Source of the DNA: Ignavibacteriota bacterium | GTDB lineage: Bacteria > Bacteroidota > Ignavibacteria > UBA10030 > UBA6906 | Assembly: GCA_963801355.1 (NCBI GenBank) | Contig: CAWDEM010000004.1 | Span: forward strand, 992,001 to 1,056,000 | DNA: 64,000 nucleotides | Direction: 5' to 3' | In this document: one piece after another, positions 1-9,020 of the stretch | Numbering within the stretch: the first letter of the stretch is position 1 | How the letters are laid out: the number at the start of each line of letters is the position of its first letter | The notes under the pieces: model-generated | Seen by the model: the letters and a program-made list of their open reading frames with translations, nothing else | Told to the model about the DNA's origin: nothing | Databases searched by the model: none | Made by a program: the position numbers and the translations under genes

Positions 1-623
1 ACACGGTCGACGGGCACGTGGTCATCATCGCTTCGCCCGTTGAATATGTCCACATGCCGGACCGGTGCATCATCAGGCACCGCGAGGTCGGACGCGATGT
101 CCTGGGTTTCAAAGATGGAGCCATTCAGGCACTGCGGCAGGATCCCGATATCATCGTCATCGGCGAGATGCGGGATCCAGATACGATCATGACCGCACTC
201 GAAATCACGGATAGCGGCCACAAGGTATTTTCCACATTGCACACGGCGTCGGCAGTCGAAACCATCGACCGTATCATCGGCGAAGTCCCGCCGATCGAGC
301 AGGAGCGTGTGCGCATCCGGCTGGCGGATACGCTGAGCTGTGTGATGTCGCAGAAACTCGTGCCGAATCTTGAGGGGAAACTCTTGCTGGCAAAGGAAGT
401 GCTGGTCATGATTCCCTCCGTCCGCGCTGCAATCAAGAATAACAATACGGGGGAAATCTACCAGATGATGGCCGAGTCCGGGGATCTGGGAATGATCACG
501 CTCGAGCAGGATCTGAGGCGGCTGTACTTGCAGAAAAAGATATCGCTGGAGAACGCCATGGTATCATCGAACAACAAACGGCGCTTCCAGCAGCTCCTGA
601 ATATGTCGCCCACCGGCGACTAG
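1..623 (+). CDS. pilT: PilT/PilU-family type IV pilus retraction ATPase, 5'-truncated by the window edge
   Basis: Walker B ALRQDPDIIVIGEMRD, His box GHKVFSTLHT, SQKLVP; frame is open from the window start; sits upstream of pilMNOQ-like genes. Confidence 0.88.
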   Translation, partial: TVDGHVVIIASPVEYVHMPDRCIIRHREVGRDVLGFKDGAIQALRQDPDIIVIGEMRDPDTIMTALEITDSGHKVFSTLHTASAVETIDRIIGEVPPIEQERVRIRLADTLSCVMSQKLVPNLEGKLLLAKEVLVMIPSVRAAIKNNNTGEIYQMMAESGDLGMITLEQDLRRLYLQKKISLENAMVSSNNKRRFQQLLNMSPTGD

Positions 624-657
624 GCGGGAGAGGAATTCACAACGGAAAGATACACCC

Positions 658-2223
658 ATGGCGACCGCAAAAGGACGCGGCAGGACCGTAATCGGCTTGT
701 TCGTCGACGGGCTTGACGTCAAGCTGGCCCATCTCTCGGTGCAGCGACGGCACATCGTCATCGAAGAACTCAAATCGGCGACGCTGGCAACAAAGTTACA
801 GGATAGGAAGGTTCTCGACGAGGTGATGACCACACAGGCCGACAGCGGAGACGCATTCAGCCTGCCGCTTTCCCCCGCCCCGGAGCAGCCTTCGGAGACA
901 AGCCGCGAAGACAACAATGCCGTGCTTCTCGGCCTCATCGCCAACTATCCGCGCAACAGGTATTCGCTGACGTACAGTCTCGCGGAGCCCTCGATATACT
1001 ACCATCAGCTCGAGAGCGATTTCGGGCTGCATGGCAAGAAACTGAAGGACCGCATACTCAACGAGCTCAAGTCCGTCCGCGCGTTTCAACCGGCTGCTGA
1101 TGCCGTTGACGCAATCAAGACCGATGAGGGGAACCTGCTCTGCATCGTGCGCGAAGACGGGATGAGTCTGATCAACTCCCTTGATGATATCAAGGGGTAC
1201 ATCGGCAACCGCCTTCCGACGATCTCCGCGATTGACAGTGCGGACGTCTCCTTCATGAACCTGGTGCGTGCGAACTATGAATTCGAACCGCAGGAATTCT
1301 CCGTGCTCGTTTACGTGGGCGCGGAGTTTACCCGCCTGATCTTCATGCGGGGAAGCGAGTTCCATCAGTTTGCGCCGATCATCGGTGAGGGGTACGACTC
1401 CCCGAATCTGCAGAACACGGTGTACAGCCGGCTCCTCCTGGAGCAGGACAACCTGGCCATTCCGCACCTTCGCAGAATCATCCTGGCCGGAGAATCGAAG
1501 CGCATCGGCTTCAAGGAGTTCCTGAGCCAGCAGTTGCCGGATCAGGAAGTTGATTACCTGATGACGCCCCGTCTGGACTGCAGCCAGCTGGCAGCCGAAC
1601 AGCAGGAGACGCTGTCGGAGTATGCCGTGCCGATCGGTGCCGCGATGAAGGTCCTCGATCCGGGTAATCCCCAGGTCTATAACGTGAACCTCCTCCCCTC
1701 CACGGTGCGCGAAGGGCAGCGCATGTTCAGGCTGGCATGGCACGGCTACGCGCTGATGGTTGCACTCTTCGTCACGACGTTCCTGTTCACCTGGCAGATT
1801 TCGGGCAAGGCCCGGGAACTGAGAGACCTCGGAGATGTCCTCACCCTTAAGGAAAGCCAGCGGGCTGAGAATATGACGCTGTCAAATTCCATCTCCGCGC
1901 TCGAGGACCAGCTCACCCGCTACAAGGTGTCCATGGCCCTGTATGACAGCCTGGTGCCGGGCAGCGAGCGCTGGAGCAAGGTGCTCACCCAGATGAGTCA
2001 CGGCGTGGACGATTTGAACTCTATCTGGCTGACGGATCTGACCGCGGGGAAGGATCCGGAGATGGTGGTGAACGGGTTCACGACCTACCGGACGCGCATC
2101 CCGCGGTTGTCCGCACTCTTTGACAGCTCCGTCCTGGAGGAAGTTAACGTGCAAGAAATCCGGAAAGAAACGGTGTATAAGTATCGCATCAAGGTACCGA
2201 CGCTCATCGCGGCGGCCAAGTAA
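658..2223 (+). CDS. PilM-PilN fusion (actin-like cytoplasmic domain, TM helix, PilN-like periplasmic domain)
   Basis: N-terminal IGLFVDG strand, YVGAEFTRLIFMRG and IILAGE actin-fold motifs, internal NVNLLP (PilN INLLP motif), TM helix, coiled coil, IWLTDL. Confidence 0.75.
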   Translation: MATAKGRGRTVIGLFVDGLDVKLAHLSVQRRHIVIEELKSATLATKLQDRKVLDEVMTTQADSGDAFSLPLSPAPEQPSETSREDNNAVLLGLIANYPRNRYSLTYSLAEPSIYYHQLESDFGLHGKKLKDRILNELKSVRAFQPAADAVDAIKTDEGNLLCIVREDGMSLINSLDDIKGYIGNRLPTISAIDSADVSFMNLVRANYEFEPQEFSVLVYVGAEFTRLIFMRGSEFHQFAPIIGEGYDSPNLQNTVYSRLLLEQDNLAIPHLRRIILAGESKRIGFKEFLSQQLPDQEVDYLMTPRLDCSQLAAEQQETLSEYAVPIGAAMKVLDPGNPQVYNVNLLPSTVREGQRMFRLAWHGYALMVALFVTTFLFTWQISGKARELRDLGDVLTLKESQRAENMTLSNSISALEDQLTRYKVSMALYDSLVPGSERWSKVLTQMSHGVDDLNSIWLTDLTAGKDPEMVVNGFTTYRTRIPRLSALFDSSVLEEVNVQEIRKETVYKYRIKVPTLIAAAK

Positions 2224-2253
2224 GAAACCAGCTCACGGAAAGGAGCGACGGTC

Positions 2254-3150
2254 GTGTCGTATAAATTACGCAACAGTATCGCCCTCGGGGTCCTGTTGTT
2301 CCTGATCTTTGCCGTGGGAACGTACATCCGTGCGTTCAACCTGCCCAAGCGCATCACGGGCGTGGAGAAGGAAATCGCAAAGATCGATGAGGAACTGCAG
2401 AACACGCCGAACCTGATCAACCAGTTCAATGATCTGAGCGCAACGCTGACGGATACCCAGAAACGGTGGGAGGCGCGGAACAAGGACATTCCTCCCGTGG
2501 ACATCACGGCGCAAAGCTACGCCTACTTCAGCCGGCTGATTGATCTGAGCGGCGAGGTGAAGCTGGATATGCTGTACACCGGAACGACGACGCTGGACAA
2601 CTATGGCTACAACGTCTATGCGCTGAAGGGCGAAGCGCCGTTCGCCAATCTGTACCGGTTTATCTGGTATCTGGAAAACGACCGCCGGTTGTACAAGATT
2701 CAAAACATCGCCCTGAAGGGTCTGGAGATCCCCGCGACAGAGACGGATGAGGGAGGCGTTGTCGTGACCTTCGACATGACCGTGCATGCCTATTTCTCGT
2801 CGATCTCCGAACTCTCGAGTTCCCTCGGTGATCGGTCGATCAGTCCGAACCACCTGAGTGTTGACCCGTTCATGCCGGTGATCTCCGCGGGGCTTCCGCC
2901 GAACATGAATGACCTTGTGGAAATCGAACGCTCCGACCTGAAAGCCGTCATTCCCGGCAAAGCGTTTGTCCTGGATCAACGCAACGCGATTCGAACGATG
3001 CAAGAAGGGGATGAGGTGTATCTCGGTTACGTCACGAAGGTTGACCCCCAGGGCGGCCGGCTCGAATGCACTCTGAACAAGGGAGGCATCATCGAGAAGG
3101 TGGCGCTCAATATCCGGTACGGCCCGCAGCAGAACGCTCAGACACGATAG
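2254..3150 (+). CDS. PilO-like protein with a PilP-like C-terminal beta domain
   Basis: GTG start after GGAG; N-terminal TM and coiled coil, G.F.NLYRFIWYLE..RRLY PilO-like core, then DPF motif and LKAVIPGKAFVLD...EGDEVYLGYVTKVD. Confidence 0.68.
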   Translation: MSYKLRNSIALGVLLFLIFAVGTYIRAFNLPKRITGVEKEIAKIDEELQNTPNLINQFNDLSATLTDTQKRWEARNKDIPPVDITAQSYAYFSRLIDLSGEVKLDMLYTGTTTLDNYGYNVYALKGEAPFANLYRFIWYLENDRRLYKIQNIALKGLEIPATETDEGGVVVTFDMTVHAYFSSISELSSSLGDRSISPNHLSVDPFMPVISAGLPPNMNDLVEIERSDLKAVIPGKAFVLDQRNAIRTMQEGDEVYLGYVTKVDPQGGRLECTLNKGGIIEKVALNIRYGPQQNAQTR

Positions 3151-3163
3151 GATCGAGGAACTC

Positions 3164-4411
3164 ATGAACGCAAAAGCAGCATATGTCGTCATCGCCCTTG
3201 TAGCGGGTGTGATCTGCGTCAACGCACAGGGCGTCTCGCAGGCAGAACGCAAAGCACTGCGTGAGTATACACCGCCCCAGGAGCTTGTCTCCATAGCGCC
3301 CACAACGCCGCTGGACAAAGCTCTGGTCGCGATCAGTGAGGTCAGCAAAAAATTCACCAACAAGATCATCATCGATACCGAACGGCGAACGATGCCGATC
3401 AATGTCGACATTCAGGGATACCAGTGGCGTGACGCCCTGGAGATGATCTGCCGGAAAAACGGCCTCTCCTTCGCGGAGTATGAGACCTACATCCAGGTGA
3501 CGACCGGAACGCCGAGCGAGACCGGCGGCGGGCCGGTGGGCGAAGGCCGCCCGGTGGGCGTCGCGGCCGGCTCGGTGGAAATCATGAAGGAAGTCGCCTC
3601 CTTCCGGAGCCGCGAAATAAAACTCTCGGCGGTCTTCTTTGAGGTGGATCTCGGCCGCCTGGAGGAAGTCGGGCTGAACTGGAGCTTCATGAAGAGCACC
3701 AAGGACTACAGCGCGGCAGTGGAGTTTGCCGGGGGGGACAACCTCAGCAACGGTATATTCAAAGCGGATATCACTCCCAAAATGTCCTTCGCCAATATCA
3801 ACGTCGTGGCGCAGCTCTTCTCCGACTACAAACTGGGCGAAATCCTGTCGGGCCCCACGCTGATCGTCCGCTCGGGTGAGAAAGGCAGAATACAGGTCGG
3901 CCAGGACTTCTCCATCCGCGAGCGCGATTTTGCGGGAAACCTGATCGATAAATTCTACAGCGCCGGCACCATCGTCAACGTCAATCCGCAGGTCATCGTT
4001 GAACAGGGTGTGCCGTTCATTCATATCGCCGTCGACGTGGAACGGAGCTCGGTCACGCCGGGGGCGGTGAGTACGATTATCAACAAATCCCAGGCACAGA
4101 CCAATCTTCTGCTTCTGGACGGCGAAGAGACCATCATCGGGGGCCTGTACAATAACGAAACCCAGACCATCCGGACCGGTGTCCCGTACCTGAAGGACCT
4201 TCCCTGGTACGTCCTGGGATTGCGGTATCTGTTCGGCTATGACAAGGACGAGTCCGTGAAGAAAGAGCTGGTGATCCTGTTAAAGGCCGAACTGGTGCCT
4301 ACGCTGCAGGAACGCATCACACAGCGCGTCAAGACCGAAGATCTCTATTCGCGTTGGCGGGAAGAACAAATGAAGCGTGAACGGAGCATGCACAGTGCGA
4401 CCGAAAAGTAG
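3164..4411 (+). CDS. pilQ: Secretin (PilQ-like), short form
   Basis: Signal peptide, N0-like domain (WRDALEMIC), secretin motifs LSGPTLIVRSGEKGRIQVG, LDGEETIIGGL, GVPYLKDLP, ELVILLKA. Confidence 0.85.
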   Translation: MNAKAAYVVIALVAGVICVNAQGVSQAERKALREYTPPQELVSIAPTTPLDKALVAISEVSKKFTNKIIIDTERRTMPINVDIQGYQWRDALEMICRKNGLSFAEYETYIQVTTGTPSETGGGPVGEGRPVGVAAGSVEIMKEVASFRSREIKLSAVFFEVDLGRLEEVGLNWSFMKSTKDYSAAVEFAGGDNLSNGIFKADITPKMSFANINVVAQLFSDYKLGEILSGPTLIVRSGEKGRIQVGQDFSIRERDFAGNLIDKFYSAGTIVNVNPQVIVEQGVPFIHIAVDVERSSVTPGAVSTIINKSQAQTNLLLLDGEETIIGGLYNNETQTIRTGVPYLKDLPWYVLGLRYLFGYDKDESVKKELVILLKAELVPTLQERITQRVKTEDLYSRWREEQMKRERSMHSATEK

Positions 4412-4456
4412 GACGAGCGTACGCTCAACTCATTCATACGATTACGAGGATTTCCG

Positions 4457-5914
4457 ATGAAACGGATCGTTTCAGGAGTGGTCGCAGCAGCTATCGTGGT
4501 CTGCGCGTTGACGATGGTGGGCTGCAATGAAGACGAGTCGGTGGCTTCTCAGGGCGAATGCGTCGTCAGCGGAGTCTGTCTGGATGCCAGCACAAGTGCC
4601 TATCTGGCGGATGTTACGGTGCTGGCGCAAAGCGTGTCGGCGGGAAGCCAGTCCGCAACGACGGACGCAAACGGAAGCTTTCGCCTGACATTTACCACCG
4701 ACAGTACAGGGACAGCAACATTGACCCTGAGGAAGACGGGCTATCGCGATACGACATTTGCAGTGACCCTGCGGGCAGGAACCGTCGTCGCCCTCTCGCT
4801 CCCGTTGTCCCTGAAGTCCGTGGTGAATCCCGGGGGCACATCCAGCGGGCTGGCGCAGACCATCACATTCCTCGGCGCGACAGTTCAGGAAGTGTCGGTC
4901 TACGGAGTGGGCGGCAAAGAGACCGCGATCCTTGGCTATGAGGTGCGCGACTCTCTCGGTCTGCCCATCGATGTCGCACATGCGGTCCAGCTGCAGTTCG
5001 CATCGACCAACGGTCCCAATGGAGGAGAGTACATCTCTCCGCCGTCAGTGACCACCAATCAGGTCGGCCAGGCGTTCACCACGTTCAACGCGGGAACCAA
5101 GGCCGGTGTCGTGCAGGTGACCGCTTCGACAACCGTGGGATCGCGGCTGATCACCTCCAGCCCCGTGCGTCTCGTCATCAACGGCGGGTTCCCCGTGCAG
5201 TCACATTTCTCCATCTCGGCAGAACGTCACAATTTCCCGGCGCTGGGCTGGGTGGGGAAGACCAATGGCATCGCCGTGCTCGTCGGAGATATGTATAGCA
5301 ACCCGGTGGCCCCGGGGACCGCGGTGTACTTCCGGAGCAGCGGCGGCGTGATTCAACCCTCTGTCTTCACCAGCAAGGACGGATTGGGAAGTGTGATCCT
5401 GTACAGCGGCAATCCCGCGCCAATGGGCGCCTATGCCACACCGGCGCTCGGGGACGGGTACCACTACGTCGTTGCGCGCACCCTCGGCCAGGGAGGAGCC
5501 GTCATTGAAGACAGTACGGTCATCCTCTGGAGCGGACCGGGCAGCATCAGCGGCGTTTCCCCCACGTCATTCGACATTGCCAATGCCGGCTCACAGACGT
5601 TCACATTCAAAGTGGCAGATGGACTCGGACATCCGCTCGCGGCCGGAACGCGCATCGGTGTGGCCGCAACCATTCCGCCGCCGCCGACTTCGGGACAGCA
5701 ACAGAATCAGGTCATCGTTGTCTTCGGCGTGAACGGCAGCATCGAGCTTCCCGATGTTATCATGTCCGGCTCCGGTACCACCGATTTCAGTTTTACGCTG
5801 AAAGACGGCACATGGAGCATTACGGATGCGACGCCGGTCAACCTGAGCATCAACGTCACGGGACCGAATGTTCCAAACTCCCTGAGCTACACCATCGGGG
5901 GCCAGGTCCGCTAA
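4457..5914 (+). CDS. Lipoprotein with carboxypeptidase-regulatory-like and Big_1/invasin-type Ig-like domains
   Basis: Lipobox LTMVGC; TTDANGSF, TTNQVGQA and VGDMYSNPVAPGTAVYF Ig-like motifs; Ser/Thr/Gly/Val-rich. Confidence 0.72.
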   Translation: MKRIVSGVVAAAIVVCALTMVGCNEDESVASQGECVVSGVCLDASTSAYLADVTVLAQSVSAGSQSATTDANGSFRLTFTTDSTGTATLTLRKTGYRDTTFAVTLRAGTVVALSLPLSLKSVVNPGGTSSGLAQTITFLGATVQEVSVYGVGGKETAILGYEVRDSLGLPIDVAHAVQLQFASTNGPNGGEYISPPSVTTNQVGQAFTTFNAGTKAGVVQVTASTTVGSRLITSSPVRLVINGGFPVQSHFSISAERHNFPALGWVGKTNGIAVLVGDMYSNPVAPGTAVYFRSSGGVIQPSVFTSKDGLGSVILYSGNPAPMGAYATPALGDGYHYVVARTLGQGGAVIEDSTVILWSGPGSISGVSPTSFDIANAGSQTFTFKVADGLGHPLAAGTRIGVAATIPPPPTSGQQQNQVIVVFGVNGSIELPDVIMSGSGTTDFSFTLKDGTWSITDATPVNLSINVTGPNVPNSLSYTIGGQVR

Positions 5915-5980
5915 ATGCCTTCACCCCTCCCCCCCTCCCCGTCACGGGGAGGGGGGAGTACGGGGTGAAGGTTTGCATTT
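5913..5980 (+). terminator. Long GC-rich inverted repeat after the pil operon, probable terminator or REP-like hairpin
   Basis: CCTTCACCCC/GGGGTGAAGG and CCCCCTCCCCGT/ACGGGGAGGGGG arms followed by pyrimidine/T-rich sequence. Confidence 0.55.
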
Positions 5981-6048
5981 CCCTCCCTTTTGTCGTTTCT
6001 TTTACACTGCTTGCGCGTAGATTTTCCACCCATCAATCGCCGGACAGC

Positions 6049-8853
6049 GTGCATCAACGTATTGTCATCCGCGGTGCGCGGGTGCACAATCTCAAGAATA
6101 TCTCGCTTGAGATCCCCCGCAATGCGCTCATCACCATCACAGGAGTGAGCGGATCGGGCAAATCCAGCCTCGCATTCGACACCATCTACGCCGAGGGGCA
6201 GCGGCGCTATGTGGAAAGCCTCTCGTCGTATGCACGGCAGTTCCTGGAACGGATGGACAAGCCGGACGTCGATCTCATCCAGGGAATCAGCCCTGCGATG
6301 GCGATCGAGCAGAAGACCAACACACGGAACCCGCGATCCACCGTCGGGACATCCACCGAAGTCTACGACTACCTGCGCCTGTTGTATGCGCGCGTCGGGA
6401 AAACGTACTGCAGGAATTGCGGCAACGTGGTCGAGCGCGATTCGGTATTGACGGTGCTGACAACACTGCAGCGCGCCGCTGAGGCGCGTGCAGCCGCGGA
6501 GCTTCCCCTGCTGATCACGTTCCCGCTTCCGACGCATCCCAAAGAGACCATCGACCAGGCGCTTGCCAATCTTCAGAAAGAAGGGTTCTTCCGCATCCGT
6601 GTCAAGGAGAAGATCATTGATTTGACGGAGGAACCCGTCCCCGCGCGGACGAAGGCGGCGGATATTGAGGTTGTTGTCGACCGCACCGTCTACCGTCCCG
6701 GAGAGGAGACCACACGCATTGCGGATTCGATCGAGACAGCATTTGCTTCGGGCAGTGGCGCTGCATCAGTGGTCCTGCTGGATCCGGCCGAAACGTTCGT
6801 TTTCGACCGCAATTTTGCATGCGGCGAATGCCGGATTGCGTACGAGGAACCCGACCCGCCCCTGTTTTCCTTCAACAATCCGTTTGGCGCATGCCCCGAC
6901 TGCCAGGGATTCGGCCGTGCGCTCGGTATCGACATGGACCTGGTAATTCCGGATGCCGGGAAGAGTCTGAGGGAGAACGCCATCCAGCCGTGGTCCACAC
7001 CGAAATTCCGGGAATACCTCCGCGAACTGTTGCGCATTGCGCACAAGGCCTGCCTGCGGGTGGATGTTCCTGTGCGCGATCTGGAAGAACGCGAACGCCG
7101 GATTATTCTCGAAGGATTCGAGGAATATCCCGGACTGAACGCCTTTTTCGCAATGGTCGAGAAAAAAGCATACAAGATCTACTATCGTGTGATGTTGAGC
7201 CGGTATCGCGCATATACCATATGCCCGGGCTGCGGCGGTACACGGCTGCGCCCGGAGGCGCTGAATGTCCGGATTGCCGGACGCCGGTTGCCGGATGTCG
7301 TGCGGATGACGGTGCATGAGGCACGGGAATTCATCCGGACGCTTGATCTCTCTCCGTTCGATGTGGAGGTCGCGCGGCGCATACTGGAGGAATTGAAGAG
7401 AAGGCTCGCCTACCTCGATGATGTCGGCATCGGCTATCTGACGCTCGACAGATTGTCGAGCACGCTTTCGGGCGGCGAATCACAGCGCATCAATCTTGCT
7501 ACGTCGCTGGGTTCCTCTCTCGTCGGCGCGGTCTATGTGCTTGATGAGCCGAGCATCGGCCTGCACCCGCGGGACAATGGGAGGCTCATCGCAATCCTCC
7601 AGGCCCTGCGCCGGGTGGGCAATACCGTGATTGTGGTCGAACACGACGCCGACATGATGCGCGCCAGCGACGTCATCATCGATCTCGGACCCCGTGCCGG
7701 CGAACAGGGCGGTCAGGTCATGTTCAATGGCCCCGCGGACGCAATTGTCAAAGACCCCGCGTCGTTGACGGGAGCATATCTTTCCGGACGCAAGAGCATA
7801 CCGCTGCCGCGGCAGCGCAGAGCACCGACGGGACTCGCGCTTCGCATTCTGGGCGCCTCAGAACACAACCTGAAACAGATCGATGTCGACATTCCGTTGC
7901 AGCTCCTGGTATGCATCACCGGGGTCAGCGGAAGCGGAAAAAGCACGCTGGTCCATGATGTTCTCTTCAACGGCCTCCGGCGCCTGCTGGGTGAGGGGGG
8001 CGTGCGTGCCGGCGCACACCGTGGCATCGAGGGCGTGGCGCTGCTCAGTGCAGTGGAGATGGTGGACCAATCGCCGATCGGCCGCACACCCCGGTCGAAC
8101 CCGGTAACCTACATCCATACGTTCGACCTGATCAGGACGCTCTTTGCTTCGACGCCGGCGGCGCGCATTCACGGGCTGAAACCAGGAGCATTTTCCTTCA
8201 ATGTCCCCGGGGGAAGATGCGATGCCTGCGAGGGGGATGGTGTCGTCAAAGTGGAAATGCAGTTCCTTGCCGACCTCTATCTTACCTGTGATGTGTGTAA
8301 AGGCAAGCGCTACAAGCATGAAATCCTGGACATCCGCTACCGCGGGAAGAATATCGACGACGTGCTGGCGATGACGGTGGATGATGCCGCTCAATTCTTC
8401 GGTCAGGAGGCGCAGGGGCGCAGAATCGCGTCGCGGCTGAAGGTACTGCAGGACGTCGGGTTGGGGTACATCCGGGTAGGCCAGCCGGCGACATCGCTTT
8501 CGGGGGGAGAAGCACAACGGATCAAATTGGCGGCACACCTTAACTCGCCGCCGGCAGACCGTCACACGCTGTTTATTTTCGATGAACCCACGACCGGCCT
8601 GCATTTCGACGACATTGCAAAACTCCTGCGATGCTTCAACGCGCTGATCGACGCGGGGAATTCGGTTGTCATCATCGAGCACAATCTCGATGTCATCAAA
8701 TGCGCTGATTGGGTTATCGATCTGGGTCCGGAAGCAGGGGATGAAGGAGGGAGCGTCGTTGCGAAAGGAACACCCGAGCAGATCGCAGGACAGAAGGGAT
8801 CGTTTACCGGGAAGCACCTGCAGGGATTGTTACGACCTGCTGCCGCTGGATAG
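6049..8853 (+). CDS. uvrA: Excinuclease ABC subunit A
   Basis: GARVHNLKNI, two Walker A motifs (GVSGSGKSS, GVSGSGKST), zinc-finger CxxC pairs, LSGGESQRI; start placed at GTG 6049 where homology begins. Confidence 0.96.
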   Translation: MHQRIVIRGARVHNLKNISLEIPRNALITITGVSGSGKSSLAFDTIYAEGQRRYVESLSSYARQFLERMDKPDVDLIQGISPAMAIEQKTNTRNPRSTVGTSTEVYDYLRLLYARVGKTYCRNCGNVVERDSVLTVLTTLQRAAEARAAAELPLLITFPLPTHPKETIDQALANLQKEGFFRIRVKEKIIDLTEEPVPARTKAADIEVVVDRTVYRPGEETTRIADSIETAFASGSGAASVVLLDPAETFVFDRNFACGECRIAYEEPDPPLFSFNNPFGACPDCQGFGRALGIDMDLVIPDAGKSLRENAIQPWSTPKFREYLRELLRIAHKACLRVDVPVRDLEERERRIILEGFEEYPGLNAFFAMVEKKAYKIYYRVMLSRYRAYTICPGCGGTRLRPEALNVRIAGRRLPDVVRMTVHEAREFIRTLDLSPFDVEVARRILEELKRRLAYLDDVGIGYLTLDRLSSTLSGGESQRINLATSLGSSLVGAVYVLDEPSIGLHPRDNGRLIAILQALRRVGNTVIVVEHDADMMRASDVIIDLGPRAGEQGGQVMFNGPADAIVKDPASLTGAYLSGRKSIPLPRQRRAPTGLALRILGASEHNLKQIDVDIPLQLLVCITGVSGSGKSTLVHDVLFNGLRRLLGEGGVRAGAHRGIEGVALLSAVEMVDQSPIGRTPRSNPVTYIHTFDLIRTLFASTPAARIHGLKPGAFSFNVPGGRCDACEGDGVVKVEMQFLADLYLTCDVCKGKRYKHEILDIRYRGKNIDDVLAMTVDDAAQFFGQEAQGRRIASRLKVLQDVGLGYIRVGQPATSLSGGEAQRIKLAAHLNSPPADRHTLFIFDEPTTGLHFDDIAKLLRCFNALIDAGNSVVIIEHNLDVIKCADWVIDLGPEAGDEGGSVVAKGTPEQIAGQKGSFTGKHLQGLLRPAAAG

Positions 8854-8888
8854 CGCCCCCCCTCAGTGTCACCCATCTCTCTTCGACG

Positions 8889-8910
8889 CACCGTGACGCG
8901 CGTCACGGTG
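8889..8910. repeat. Perfect 22-bp palindrome CACCGTGACGCGCGTCACGGTG
   Basis: Read directly; fully self-complementary with no loop. Confidence 0.9.
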
Positions 8911-9020
8911 ATGCCGGCGGGGAGCACCTATATTGCAGCTGCCGTAAGACTTGAAAGGCATTGGCGGCGCGTCGATTGGAGGGGAGAGTCGGCGCGATCG
9001 TCAGTGCCTTTCGCCATTTG

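Noticed and set aside
5812-6048. 79-aa N-terminal extension of UvrA in the ORF track
   Set aside because: Overlaps the upstream lipoprotein gene and runs through the GC hairpin; UvrA similarity starts at GTG 6049
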